64,000 nt of DNA, taken from Phoronis australis (Eukaryota > Animalia > Phoronida). This document shows positions 12,601 through 27,600 of the stretch, piece by piece. Within the stretch, counting starts at the first letter, position 1. Every line of letters starts with the position of its first letter. Below the pieces are notes generated by a model. That model ran no database searches. It worked only from the letters and a program-made list of their open reading frames with translations, and was not told the origin of the DNA. The stretch is taken from NCBI GenBank assembly GCA_002633005.1, contig NMRA01000828.1, forward strand, positions 1 through 64,000, read 5' to 3'. The position numbers were made by a program, and so were the translations under genes.

Positions 12601-15600
12601 GTGCCCACTCGTGGCAATTTCATTTTTCTCCATTTTCCAAGTTTTTTCTCTGAAGGTTGTTGACAGATTAATTAAAGAAGCGATGGCGTGTTCCGTTTTC
12701 AGATGGATTGAATGTTTTTGCCATTCTTATGATCAAATTAATAAACAACCCTAGAAGCACCCTGTTTGTGGTGCATTCATGAGCACATTTCAATGCTCCA
12801 GGTTGCTTTTGTTGTTTGATGACCATGATGATGTAACTGTTCTTAACCTGATCCGTGCTCTGATTGGCTAGTTGTGATCTGTGGGCTTGGGAAGAACTGA
12901 CAGTTTGTTATTTCTTTGCAGCATGGGAAAAGGCAGAAATTTTTCACCTTGAAATTGTTTCAGTTGGTTAAGGCGAGAATATTCTCGTTCATTGTTAAGT
13001 CAGACCTCAGTTCCGACTGTTCTACTTAAATTAGTATTCCTAATTTCTGTTTACAATGTGAACCAAATGTTACTGTGTACCTTAATATACCTTGTTTTAT
13101 TGTAGTCTGAAGTTGGAGATTTTGAGATGACTTGTCACTTTGTGTGATTTAATTTTTTTGAAAATCATTCTGTAACTTTTAGTATAATAGTCATCTGTAG
13201 ATTCAGAACCTCTTAATTCAGTGTTCCAGTATTTTGTCCATAAATTTCTTGAAAATAGATACAATTTCGGGTTCTGAATTCAGGTATTCTACTATGATTT
13301 AATACTTATATATGAGTATCATCAACCTGAAATGATATCACCTCAGTATATATACTAACAACTTATCATATCTACTTCCCACATGCCAGCCATCACTACT
13401 CATGAACCTCTGCATACATCCTAATTAGACACTAACTGTTATTATTGGTAAAATGTGGGAAATTGCTCTCTGCCGTTTCCATGGAAATGCTGTCACTTGA
13501 TAAATATTCAATAATCTCCGACTCGACAGAATGTGATTTTTCAGCTTCGGCTCAGTACACTAGGACGAGCTAAAATCTGTCTTTGCCGAGAGTGCATTTC
13601 TCGCGTGCATATGTATTGGAATAGGTTCCATACAGTGCGGTAAGTTTCAGAGTAGTAAGTGCATGTTTGTTTAATTTAAATCTGCAATGGCAGGTGTGAC
13701 TCTTGTGCATGTTCACAAACTAAACTGTGGAATTGTGAAAGCCACATGGTCGAAATGGTAGAAATCGGCAACTGGCAAGTGTGGTATTGGACTAGGAGGA
13801 ATAAATCAGTTTTCTTGCGGGGTTTTTTACCTTCCTACGGCTCTGATAATGACATTTTGTGGAAAATTTGGGTCCCACTCTTACTGAGGTACATTTTAGA
13901 TACAATCTCAAAAACTTTAAAAATGAGTGAAAACTGACTATGTGTTCTAAAATGGAAGTAAGAATGCTGTGAAAGGCACCATATTTGAGGCGCTTTTTGG
14001 CCAAATTAATTTCCCATTTCTGCTGATCCCCAGCCCTTTTCCTCGTACTAGAAGGTTTTGAAATTTTTGACATTGTTGTGGATGCATGGCAGCTATCGAA
14101 CTAAATTGAAAAATCAAGAAGTTTACCCCAAAACAAGTGAATTCAATGGACAACGCTACATTTTTAGCATACACTCATACTTGGGTACAATTAAATCTCT
14201 CACTCTTGCTGTGTTGTAAATTAAATCTTTCTTCATCTAGCTTTAGTCATGGAGAAATGTGTTCATAAACAGTTTTTAGCTGTGAAAGCATGTAATGAGT
14301 CAAGAACTTGGAGGTAATTTGAAATCATTTCCTTTCACTTAGTCTGTTTGAGAAAAATGTTTTTCGCATGGTCGGTGAATGATATAGTTATTGGAATTAG
14401 CTTTAATTTTACATTGATAGGATTTTGTTTAAAACCATTTACTTGTTGCCTGCAATTTTTCTGATTTCTGTAATCACCATTTGGGAACTGCGTTTAATAG
14501 CACATTTACCTGTTCTTAGAGGTGTGTTTTACATACCTTTGAATGCTGGTGGATAATTACTACCGAGTTTGGATTACTGGTAATTGCTTTGAGTTCGAAA
14601 ATCTAATATGTGATGAGTTTGAAGTTTTGGGAGAATAGTTATTTCATTTCCAAAGGAAATTATGACAATTAGTGCAAGACTTCCTGTGTATAGATGCAGT
14701 CTTTCGAAAATGTTCACAACTGATGGACTCATCGCACAACATTTGCACAACCTACATTCAAATTTCTATGTAGGGGAAATAAATATGAAATCGTAAAATT
14801 AGAGAAGCTGTCGAAATCATGAGCAATAAAGCAAAATTGAACAGAGACAGTGGGTATGAATTATTAGCTATTTATCAGTGTTCCTCGCAATAAACAGCCA
14901 CCAGGTGGTGTTGAACAACCATCATGGACCACCCACTGGTGACTATGTGACACGAAGATTTCCGCTAGTGCTCCCATGATAGGTAAATTACTGTATTCCC
15001 TATACTATCTAACAGCATCAGCTATGAATATTCATTCTGTCTATTCCCAAATTTTCTAATTTACCATGTGATTGAGTTTAAATTTTCTGTAGTGGACAGC
15101 GTTGAGACCTTGTTGGTCTCTTGTTTAGACAACCTTGTAGCTGTAATGAAAAATCACGAACAAAACTGAATTTGCTCGTTTCCTGCAAATTCCTCATGTG
15201 TGCTGATGAAGTGGTATGAGGAACAACAACATGGTGATGTGTAGGCATTTTTGTTGTTTAAAAGTCCTTGTTATTATGATCAATAATAAGAGAACTTTGG
15301 TCTTTGTGATCAAGATTCAAACCTTGCCTGAAGATGGGATACATTTAAAATTTTTGTTTTCATAATGTACAAGTACGACGTTACGTAAATTATCTTCATC
15401 GGTTTGTTCGCAATCTCCGAAGTTTGGAAAATTTGTCGCGATTTCTTGGTTAGGTTTAGCACACCTTTGATTAAAGTCTTTCATCCAGAGCATGTTAATG
15501 GGATTTTTACCTAACGAGCACGGATTAAGTATTAAAGACTTCAAATATGTGAAATTAATTTCACAGAACTCATGGGAAAATTTAATTAAATATTTAGTAA

Positions 15601-18600
15601 CTGTTATGTGTTGCTGCATCATTAAATTTTACAGCTTGAAGCCATCATTAAAACATTGATTTTTCTTCAATATCAACTATGTATCATTTGGTGCAAATTT
15701 GGTTGTACGGTATCTCGGCCAAAAATTATTTCCAAGATTGATTTTTTTCAATTTTCAAATACTTCTAACATAGTTCTGAATTCCAACAATTTCACAAAAC
15801 ATTGATTGATGATTGATATCACTGTAACCGTAGCATTCATTTCATGTAACTTGTCCTGTTCAAAAAATATAGTATACTATTAGAGTCTCTCTTCTCCTCT
15901 ATTTAGTTTCTAAGCTGATGACATTTTACATTGACGGAAATATTTCAGGGAAGACATTCACTTCTAAGTTTGAATCTCATCCCTGAACTATTTACATCAA
16001 TGGATACATTTGATTGACTTTGGTGATTCTGTCAGGTTAATTGGCTAAGACATTTGATTGGTCCTTGATGACAACTTCTAGCTTTTAAACCAATCAGATG
16101 TCTTAGTCAGTTGACCTGATTGAACCGCAAAGTCAATCGAGTGCCGCCAATGATAATTTGATGGAGTGTATTCTTTTGCTCTCAACTACACGGTGTCCAG
16201 GTGAAACTCATGTCACTTGTACTTTTGATCAACATTTAGCACAATTAACCAGGTATTCAAATGCTGGAATATGTTCTTGCCAGGTAACTCTTCTGCCTAA
16301 TGGTCTAATTACTTGCCTGGTAAAATGAAATTTCTCTTTTTTCGGTTGTGGAATCATAGCGTCACGGTTTCTGGTGTGATTTTCTGTTTTTTTTTGTCTT
16401 TGGATAAATCATTTAATCAGGTAGCACTGTGGTGTTGTTCATTGTTTGTTTAAATATTTGGTATTTAAGACTTGAATGATGAATTTTGTAGCAGCATGTG
16501 GACAACCTTTAAGGATCCTGGCCCTGTTGCCAATAATTTGGGTGATTGTTGGACATTATGTATTTGTTCCTAACCATTGAAGTTATGTCAGGGTTAATGC
16601 TCTTGAGTTAAAGTTACATTTTGCCCTGTTTATGTAGCTAAAAAACAAATAATCAAACTGGGCCTACCGTAGCATTCACTCTCATAAAACCGGTCTTTCA
16701 TTCCTTAACTGTGATTGTATTCTGCTTTTAGGTACACAAAAAATGTCATGGTAGGAATATTTATGAGACCGATTTTATAAGAGCAAAAGGCTTGGGAATC
16801 GATTTTTGTTTTTTAACCAGCTAGATAGGGCAAAATGCGGCAACACTTCATTATAATTTGCTTCTCGAAGGACTGTCAATATTCTAATGATTGGTTATCA
16901 GGAGAGGGATTAGTTTTACATTTGGTGACAGACTTGCTTTGGGAGAAATCACTGAAACCGAGTGTTTTCAGTCTAGTCAAACCTCTCTTAAATCTGTAAT
17001 TGATGGATATGTGTTCCAGTTCACTGCGCAACGCAAAAGACCAGACAAAGAATCTAGAGACAGAGAGTCGAAAGATGGAGGAAAGGTTGAAGGAACTGAA
17101 ACTGGCAATGAGTCGCGAGAAGGAGGAAAGAGAGTGAGTATTGTGAGGCTTCTTTCATGAGCAACAAGTGGACCATCCGAGTCTCATTGTGCAAAGAAAT
17201 GTTCCTATCATGGTGGTCCCCAATGCAGACAGTAATTGCTAACAATTTTCTTGAACCATATGATATGCTTGACCCACCACTTGCATTGTCATTTTGAATG
17301 TCACAGAATCAAGCTATACGATTCTCAGATAAAAAGTGTCTTGATGACAGCGGTACATATCTATTGATGAAGTACAGGGTGCCATGTAATGGGTTGCGTT
17401 TTTATTTCAACTTGATGTATTCAAGTGTTCCACCGCAAAACATGCTCTAAAACAATGATTTTCAAAAATAGGACGCTGTGGGGGACGTTAAATGAAGTTG
17501 CATATTAAAATAACCATAAAACAGCACACCTGGACTTTGAAAGTTGTTTAAATCTCTATAGCGTGTACACATGATCAGCGTTCTAAGGCAAACACCATAA
17601 CGTTTAGTGCCTTATGAAATGTGGCTAAAAATAATTGAGAACACAAACAATTACATGCTGCTCTTAACAAGAAATAGTTGACAAAATGAAAATGCCTTTA
17701 TCCTCGGCCTCACAGTTTTTGCATTTGATTCTGTGACCTTCCTAAAGTAATCACCTTTTCCAAGTGCGACGAGGGTGATAAACTACTGTTGACTGAAATT
17801 ATTTATTGTTTAAAACTGGGAGAGTGAAGAGGGTCGACCATAACTACACTGATGTTACTTGCACCATGTTGATGGGTTGTCTGAAGTTTCCACGGTGATG
17901 AAATGCTCACCTTTCAATGGCCTTTTTCTTGTCTGATTCATAATTTTCCGGCTTACTGAAAACCTGAGATGATTGCCCAGAAAGTTTCAATTGCGAGTTG
18001 GAAAGCGCAGCTCGCAACTGCACAATTTTTGCAAATGACAGTTTTCGATAATTTTGTTGGCATTGGTTTTGGCAGCAAAAGGTCTCACATGACCTAATTT
18101 AAGTGTGTCGCTTACGGTGTTCTACATAACACATCTGATATTGCATTCATTACATTAAGTAAACTATAGTGACAACAGTGAAATTCACATGGTTTGTTTT
18201 TCGTTTATTGTAGGCCGTGGGCTGTACGCCACAGGAGCCTAGAAAACCACTCCTGTGACTACTTTAGGGGGGGCAATTTACTTCTGGTGTTTTTGATATC
18301 ATAAATGATTGTACTTTATGAATCAAAAAAGTTCCCGCGTTTAAACTTGCTTATTTTTGTGAAATTTGATATTAGCGCCGCCTCTTGTTCAATAATGTAA
18401 CATTTGGACTCACAAAAAATGTTTTTCTACAAAAAATGTGAAACTTAAACATAGGAAATTTTCAAAAAATCAATTGCTTGATGGTATATCTATCCATACA
18501 GAAAAAATCAAGTTGTCCCCCTGACATGGTTACAGGATGATGAAACGACTGGAGCTTAACTGCCCATGGCCTATTAAATCATGACCAGATAATGGGGAGA

Positions 18601-21600
18601 GGGATTTTATCTTTCATTACCATCATGACTTGTGACAAACATAGCAGAAAGAATTGGAAATAGTCAAAAGGAGGGTGCGCAAATTTCCTAGTTTGTGAGA
18701 AATACTGAAAAATCTAGCACAGTCAATAATATTCATTGTCACTGAATGTATAATCTGTCTGCTACATTATCAAGCCCAAGCATGATTTTACTGTATCAAT
18801 CTTGGAATTTCCAGAATTAATTAGATAGCCATGAATGCAACTAAAAATAAAGCATTCTAAACCATTTCTTCCTCTCCCTAGTCATTTTGGCTACAAGTGA
18901 AAATGTTGATCACAAGCATTTGTGGCCTGAATTGTGAATCAAAAGTACGTCCACCAGGTTTTTTCTGAAAAACACTCTCACGTTTACATCTTGTGTGCTT
19001 TGTGAACTCTAACGCGTGAACTGTAGAATATATCTAATGATAGTTGCCTAAGAGTTTTTAATTCTTTGCCTTTGTCTCTTCTGTTATCAGCTGTTAATAA
19101 TAACAAGATTTAATTACCTATTACATTTTAGCATGACATTTTCTAAGGTTACCTAGTTAGAGTTAGAATTGCTTAGTAATCTCGAAACTTAATGTTTTCT
19201 AAGGGCAATAACAATGACATGAACTCAAGATTTTGGTTTTGAGTAAGTTACAGATGGTTGTTTAGATTTTATGTAACACTAGTTAGGTTGGGTTGCTGAC
19301 TTTTTTACATTATACAATATCTCCAGGTTTATTAGATGTAACAGACCTGCACTTGACTGCATAGCAAAGTTTCACATAATGTCTTATTGTGTGAACGAGC
19401 TGTGCTAATGGATGGCTGCATGTATGGTGTTTCTGTGGGCCTTTTATGAACACTTACACGATAACAATGCGTGACACAAATTGGTGTGACAAGTCGGTGT
19501 TAATTGAGTTTCCTTTGAGATGTTGTAATTACACTGTTTGTGACACTTGTTTGTTACGATCATCCAGACGGGAGTTGGCTATTTTGATCACACTTGTCGA
19601 GAACCATTCAGATATTGTCACGTGACGTAGTACGTCTATATCTACAGTTCTCACAAAAACAAAAATTCAAGAGTTAATGCGTCAACGTGCTGTACAACAT
19701 CGAGTTCACGGTTTCGGCCAACATCTTGAAAATGTAATTAAGTAGAGTAAGTGCACCAGTTCACGTACATTTCCCATGTCAGTGTACGGGGGAGCACGGC
19801 CAGTTAAAACCATTATTTATTCTAGAAAATAAATGTGGATTGTAATTATGCCATTAGAGACTCATTCTTCTTGTTGAGAACTTCCTATTCTCAATTTTGG
19901 AGTGACTCGGAGGAACTCAGATGCTGATTTTATCGGTAAAATACTGGTACTTTGAAAAGTCCACCATTCATTGCATGTGAATAGTACGCGTTTCATTGAC
20001 TGAGCCATCAGTTATCATGGTGACCTTGTTCCAGATCAGGAACTGTGTCATCTGTTGTATCAGTATTTGGGTCAACGTCAGTCTGTACCTAAAACATCTC
20101 TCAGTTTCTAAAATAATCCACAGTCTTTTTAGGCCTTTTTTGCGGCAGACAACCTGACTCGATGTTCATTACAATGTGTCGAATGCACATTTCGTTTCAT
20201 AATGGAAGATAGAGTCAACACTAGTTGTCCAAAATGCCGAAGTTATACTCTCCCCGAAAATGCAAATGTCGCACTGCCCTGTTAAATGAAAGTTGTGAAT
20301 GTCCTAGCAGTTTTACACAGCTCGTAATCATAGATGTTGGATCGGCCAACAAAACTCCTTACAAATTAATGAGATGTGCTCAATTTAGATTTGGCTGATG
20401 ACATATGAGAAATGCCCCAAAAGGAACCGATAGTATTTGTTGAAGTGAGAAATTCACAACCAACATCCAATGAGAGTATGTCGACCAAATTGTTGAGCAA
20501 AAATGATCGTCTGGGAAAACAAAAAAACTTTTGAACTGAGTGGCTCGTTACCTTGAATTGTAAAGTTTAAGAAAAACATGAAGGGCAAAGAGTGGGAATT
20601 CTGTCTACACCATTCCCAGAAATATGTTAGGCAAATTGGTGGACTAAAGTAAAATCAGGTGGACAGTCTGATATGGCCAGCGCTAAACAAAACCTCTGCA
20701 TACTCTATTCAACTTAAAGGAAGGGGGCAAAAGAGTCAGAACTAGAAGTCTATTGAATAATCACTGATGTGATTTTATGATTGTTAACATAAACATGAAA
20801 AGGTTCTATGCAGATTTTCCCCTGAGCTGCTGTGTAACACAGGGTGACACAATACTTGGAACATATTAATGTGCTATATGTACACTCAATGCTCACAGTG
20901 TATGTTCCAGTTATATTGTAATTAAATTGAAAACTTGGAAATCAGGCCAATTAAGGTTCGTAAAATTTAGCCTAACTCTGCGTTGAGAATCAGGTCTTAG
21001 AATAGAATTATATTTAAAGTTTTGATCTGTATATCTTTGTTGTTGAGTGCTTATATAATGTTATTGTGACACAACATTAAATGTGAACATCCCCTGCCAC
21101 ATGAGCTTATATGTCACTCCATAAATATTTCTGAACGATAGTCTTAATATATGAGGCCATGAGTTTTTCATCCCAACTATTGTTGGCAATATTAGTATGA
21201 TTGTAACCTTCAACCCCAAGAATGGGCGTGGGCATCTGTCACACAGATGGAATACTATGTCCGTGAAGTATGTTAATTTAATTACCAGCTAACTGAGCAT
21301 TTCCTGTGTATAAATTCAAGTCTGATTTATAGTAAGGTGTTGCTTTTCAGGCGACAGGGTGGCATATTTTGGAAGTCTGGCCAACAGGGTGCTCTGGCAA
21401 ACCATGCTCAAAATGTGCTTAACAGACCACCAGCCAAACCCAAAGATAAAGGACAGCGAACAAGGAAAATTAAAGTACTCAAAGAGACCCCCATAGGTAA
21501 AGAATTTCGTAATCATTGCCTAGTATTCCACTTGTGGTAATTCTATTTCACACAAAAATAATTGGCAAAATTGTCTTTTATGCACTTGCATAATATATGT

Positions 21601-24600
21601 TGTTGAGTACTGGCAAACATAAAATTTCATTTTGTGAATTGGGAAATTCTGTTTTTATAATTATTTCAGTAACATAAACATTATTTGGGAGTTGCCTTAC
21701 TTTACTGCTCATTTGTACTGCAACTGTTTTACCAATAACTTGCTGCATGTCATATGTTTATTGTAAGTTTCTCAAACCAGGGAAATGTACAATGTATGCC
21801 ACCTTCAGAGAGAATGAACAACTACTTGAACATTAATGAACATGTCATGTGTGATGGGTTATAATCTTACGTTTTAGCAAATAAAAACCAATGATATTAA
21901 AGAACTGTGATATCTATGTACTGAAATACCTATAAACTGTTTCTGGGACTCCTAATTCGGTTTTCCATTATCATGTCAATCCAGGGTTTCTATCATGGGC
22001 GGCACACCACTGAAATAAGTGGGGGCTATAGCCCCAAGCCCCCTATGGTGCATTGCCCTGTCACCATGGGCGACGCAGCACTGAAATAAGTGCGCCACCC
22101 ATGGCTATGTAAGTTTTAACCAACTAAAAAGTACACTGTACAAAACGATCGAAATTTCGTTTGTGTCATTTCTTGAATCAATTACTGTCATACCAACAGA
22201 AACACCCAACAGAAGCAAACAGCCGGGAACAATGGCATATATTGCTCAGAGAGAGGCTGGCTCAAGTAAAGACAACCGCAGTAAAGGCCCCAAATGTGGC
22301 CAATGTGAACAGAAAGCCGTGTCGGTGGTAGGTGTCACAAAATGAATCTCTAGTTTTTCTGGACCTTCTTATGCCAGGTTGTAGAACTTTGCAGTGTGTG
22401 TGGTAGACAGTGATGTTTTTAATTCTCAGGTAACTTGATTCATTACAAAATAGTAATTTTGTGTTAACTTTAGACGACAGCGGTTTCCAAATCTAGATGT
22501 CACTCCAATTCATTGTTAAGCATTCGCAGTCTTTTGTCCCACATCACGACTGACGTGCCGCTTATCTCTGATACCACAAGCATTGAGGTAAACATGTACT
22601 TCATGACTGATACCACAAGCATTGAGGTAAACATGTACTTCATGAATGAAAACACTGGTCAACAAATAGAATCCAATCACAATGTTTTAGCTGATTTCTT
22701 TGGAGAAGGATGCTATAAACTTTTCACGAAGGAATTCAATTTGGGAGGCCCAACAGTTGAAAAAAGTTGCCAGTTTTTTGTACACAATGATACAAGTTAT
22801 TTCTTCTTGTGTATGATTGCTGTGAGTACATCACTAATGACTTTAAGTTCTCTGGACCTTAGAAAGAGAATTTAAATACTCAGTGACTTAATGTACAAAA
22901 TAATGCATTGACAAAGTACAAGCCACCGGGAAACGGGCTGAGTTTCTAGATGTTGTTCTTGTTTTTAAAATTTTCTTGGTATCAAATTTATGTTGAATTT
23001 GTGTTTTCAGCTAACACGTGATATTCGAGTAATATTAAGTTGATTAAAATTTAAATTTTCTTTTGTTGTGCGGTAGTTGGTTAGTCTTCAAGTGTTTGAG
23101 AATCCAACTCAGCTTTGAGTGCTGTTGTTACAATCATACTCCTGGTTGTGACATTCAATATCAACCATCTCATGGGAGCACTAATTACGAGTGGGTAGTG
23201 TTTGTTATAGCATGATAACTCTCTCTTAGGAATGACTTGAGACTCAGTTACGATCTAATCTTGTTACTGGAATACAATGTCAACCTGAGGAGTTAATTAA
23301 CTACTGCACACATTTAGCTATGGAATACCTAAGCTGCTGATGGTTATCTGATCGGCGTCGTTGTTTGACAGCGTAACCAACAGAGGGAAACTTTTGGCCC
23401 TGCCACTCTCTCTGGGGGCTTTTTACTTGTAATGCAAACTCAACAGTAAGTCTTATGAGAGCTCTCGGATGTTTACCTCGGTTAGCCATGGTAACTGAAT
23501 ACTTTCATTATCAAGAGTTGCAGTTCTGAAAATAACTTTAAGTTATTACATTGGATTCTAATTGTCAACCCATGAAACCACATATTTCTCAATTTGCTTT
23601 TGACCACAGAAATGGGTTATGGGTTAAAGAGAAGACTTTGGTGTTCACAAAATTAATACTATCATTTCTATGTAGTGTGAAACTTTTCACTCAAGTGTGG
23701 GAAATTCTGGCTTACCGTATTGATCTTTATAATGTTTTAACTCAATTTGGTTATGGCTTATACTGAAAGTAAGGTGGGATTGATGAAAAATTTTTCAGGA
23801 ATGAACTGACTCAGTAGAGCTAGGAGGATGGAGGTTATGGTGAAGAGGCAATCTTCCTCATTGTTGGAATAATGCATTTATAACAGAACCATTTGCTTTT
23901 GTCATTGTTTGCAGTGAGGCCTGGATAGGTTTGCAATTATGTTGAAGCAATCCTTTCACAGTCAGTCTTTTGTTGCAGCTGGCAGTGTCAACTGGTTATT
24001 GTGTTCTGGTCATTACAGGGTATTGTCTGATACATTAAACTGAGCGTGATATACCCAAGGAAGGAGACAGAACAGGTGTAAAAATCGTCTTTAGTAAGAA
24101 ATGTTCTTCCTCTTTTTCAGTCCTGTATGGAGTGCTCAGAGAACTATTGTGCTCAGTGCTTCGCTGCATTTCACATGAAAGGGGCTCTTAGAAAACATAG
24201 ATCTGTCCCTTTTAAGGTTTGTAGTGTGGTAACTTAACATGTAAGTTCTTAAAGTAGAATAGAGTCCTCGCATGATGTACTAGCACAGGCATGTTTAAGG
24301 GTGTTCATTTGCATGGGGAGTGCCAGTTGGTAATTAATTGGCACTCCATCAAACTTGCATAACTCGTGGCATGTTACTCACTGCGGTGTGAAAGTTTAGT
24401 GTGCTCTTTTAGACACTTCAAGAATATGTTAATGTATAGTAAACAAAACAATTTTTAGGTTGAAATGAATGTCCAAGCTCCTCACTGTGTACTGTTTGAT
24501 TCGCCACTTAGTGTGTGTCTGTGTTGCACCCATACCTTTTTCATCAACAGATGGCTCTACTTCACAGTGAATCGTAAGATATGGCTGAAACAATCTTTTC

Positions 24601-27600
24601 ACAACAAAGAACGTAGGGTGGTTATTCATCATCTCAAAAATATAGCGCAAAATTTCACAGCCCTGCACTGAATGTTTGTGAAAATTTCAGCTATTAGAAA
24701 GTAAATAAATTACTATCAAGTTTTGTTAAACACTACGTTCCATTTGTTTTTAGTGGATACTAGCTCTAATTGGCAGCAGGCAGAAGGTTGTGTTTGTCAA
24801 AACTTCTCTCAAGTAAAATTTGATGTCGAGATACGCAGATTACAGACTAATACCATTCCAACAAACAAGACTTCCACAACTTTGTACTGGTAAAACATTG
24901 TATGCTACTGTTTTAGATGCAGTAAAAATCATAGTCTCTATTCATAACAGTTTGGTGTTAGCTTTTAAAAGACAGTCTAGTATGTTCTTTGTATTCCATC
25001 TCCCAGAGGTGTGATTTTTCCATCAAACTAGTGTATTTACCTGTTCCAGGTGGGTGTTCGTCCGACACCATCTCCCCGACCCCTGCAGAGTGCTCAGCCG
25101 ACGCATTCCAGGTAAATATAAGTATGCAATGCTTGACATCGGTTAATTTGCCCCGAAGTTGCTGCCATTGGGTAAAATGTAATGAAACTCAGCAAGATAG
25201 ATAAGTGTATGTTTTGGTGTTTACAAAATTATATGCCTGGAAATAAATAGTAGTCACATGTTGAAAGATTATCATAAATAGTAGTCACATGTTTAAAGAT
25301 TATTATAAATAGTAGTCATATGTTTAAAGCTTATTATAAATCGTAGTCACATGTTGAAAGATTATTATCAATAGTAGTCACATGTTGAAAGATTATTATA
25401 AGTAGTAGTCACATGTTGAAAGATTATTATAAATAGTAGTCACATGTTGAAAGATTATTAAAAGTAGTAGTCACATGTTGAAAGATTATTATAAGTAGTA
25501 GTCACATGTTGAAAGATTATTATAAATAGTAGTCACATGTTGAAAGATTATTATAAGTAGTAGTCACATGTTGAAAGATTATTATAAATAGTAGTCACAT
25601 GTTGAAAGATTATAATTATAAATAGTAGTCACATGTTGAAAGATTATTAAAAGTAGTAGTCACATGTTGAAAGATTATTATAAATAGTAGTCACACGTTG
25701 AAAGATTATTTTCACTGTTGCTCATCTGGTATTTATTTGGTGTTTCTTCAGTTACCAAGACAACATGATGAGTGAGAGAAAAGAACTCCAGTATAACTCT
25801 ATGGAAATGGGGGCTGCTTCCTCACAGGTTTGTTTCCATGGAGACACATCCAAAGTGACTTGCTGGTTAAAAATACATCAAATTATGACCAGTTGCAGCC
25901 TCGTGAAGTCAAGTCAGTCATTTTACTTGTCGAACATTTTATTGTGTACATAAAACTACCTCACATGTCGCTGATTATTATGCGCCCACATATTTTTATG
26001 CGCCCACATATTTATATGTGGACGCATTATGCCGTCATCTCTGTCCGTCCGTCCGTCCGTCCGTCCGTCCGGCGTCCGGCGTCCGCTGCTCTATCTCCAA
26101 AACCCTTTGACATACGTTCATGAAATTTGGCACATATGTTCCATTCATGAATGGGACGGCATGTGCGAACTTTCGGACGGATCCGACTACCAGTGTGCCC
26201 CCGAGTGGCAATTTTAGTTTTTTACGCTTACCTTTGTATCTTCAAAAGTCCTGAACGGATTTTCATGAAATTTGGTATGTAGGCACCTAGTAGTGAGATG
26301 ACGCTATCCTGCCGTTTTCGGATGGATTCGGCATAGTTTGCGCCACCTAGTGGCCATTTTTACTGTTTTCGAGTCTGTTTTTGTGCTTCCACCCCTCTAT
26401 CAACCAAACCGCTCAAAGGATGATTGTGAAAATTGGCATGTATGTGCTTACTATGTAGAGGACGGTTGACNGAAATGGGTTATGGGTTAAAGAGAAGACT
26501 TTGGTGTTCACAAAATTAATACTATCATTTCTATGTAGTGTGAAACTTTTCACTCAAGTGTGGGAAATTCTGGCTTACCGTATTGATCTTTATAATGTTT
26601 TAACTCAATTTGGTTATGGCTTATACTGAAAGTATGGTGGGATTGATGAAAAATTTTTCAGGAATGAACTGCCTCAGTAGAGCTAAGAGGATGGAGGTTA
26701 TGATGAAGAGGCAATCTTCCTCATTGTTGGAATAATGCATTTATAACAGAACCATTTGCTTTTGTCATTGTTTGCAGTGAGGCCTGGATAGGCTTGCAAT
26801 TACCTTGAAGCAATCGTTTCACAGTCAGTCTTTTGTTACAGCTGGCAGTGTCAACTGGTTATTGTGTTCTGGTCATTACAGGGTATTGTCTTATATTGTG
26901 AGGCCTGGCTTCATTAAACTGAGCGTGATTACCCAAGTAGGGAGACAGAATAGGTGTAAAAATCATCTTTAGTAAGAAATGTTCTTCCTCTTTTTCAGTC
27001 CTGTATGGAGTGCTCAGAGAACTATTGTGCTCAGTGCTTCGCTGCATTTCACATGAAAGGGGCTCTTAGAAAACACAGATCTGTCCCTTTTAAGGTTTGT
27101 TGTGTGGTAACTTAACATTCAAGTTCTTAAAATGGAATACAGCCCTCGTATGATGTACTAGCACAGGCATGTTTAAGGGTGTTCATTAATTGCATGGGGT
27201 GTGCCAGTTGGTAATTAATTGGCGCTCCATCAAACTTGCATAACACGTGGCATGTTACCTACAGCGGTGTGAAAGTTTAGTGTGCACTTTTAGACACTTC
27301 AAGAATGTGTTAATGTATAGTAAACAAAACAACTTTTAGGTTGAAATGAATGTCCAAGCTCCTCACTGAGTACTGTTTGATTCGCCACTTAGTGTGTGTC
27401 TGTGTTGCACCCATAACTTTTTCATCAACAGATGGCTCTACTTCAAAGTGAATCGTAACATATGGCTGAAACAATCTTTTCACAACAAATAACGTAGTGT
27501 GGTTATTCATCATCTCAAAAATATAGTGCAAAACTTCACAGCCCTGCATTGAATGTTTGTGAAAATTTCAGCTATTAGCAAGTAAATAAATTACTATCAA

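Noticed and set aside
16891-17160. Supplied 89-aa ORF
   Set aside because: Wrong frame; the ZBBX exon at 17020-17133 reads in another frame.
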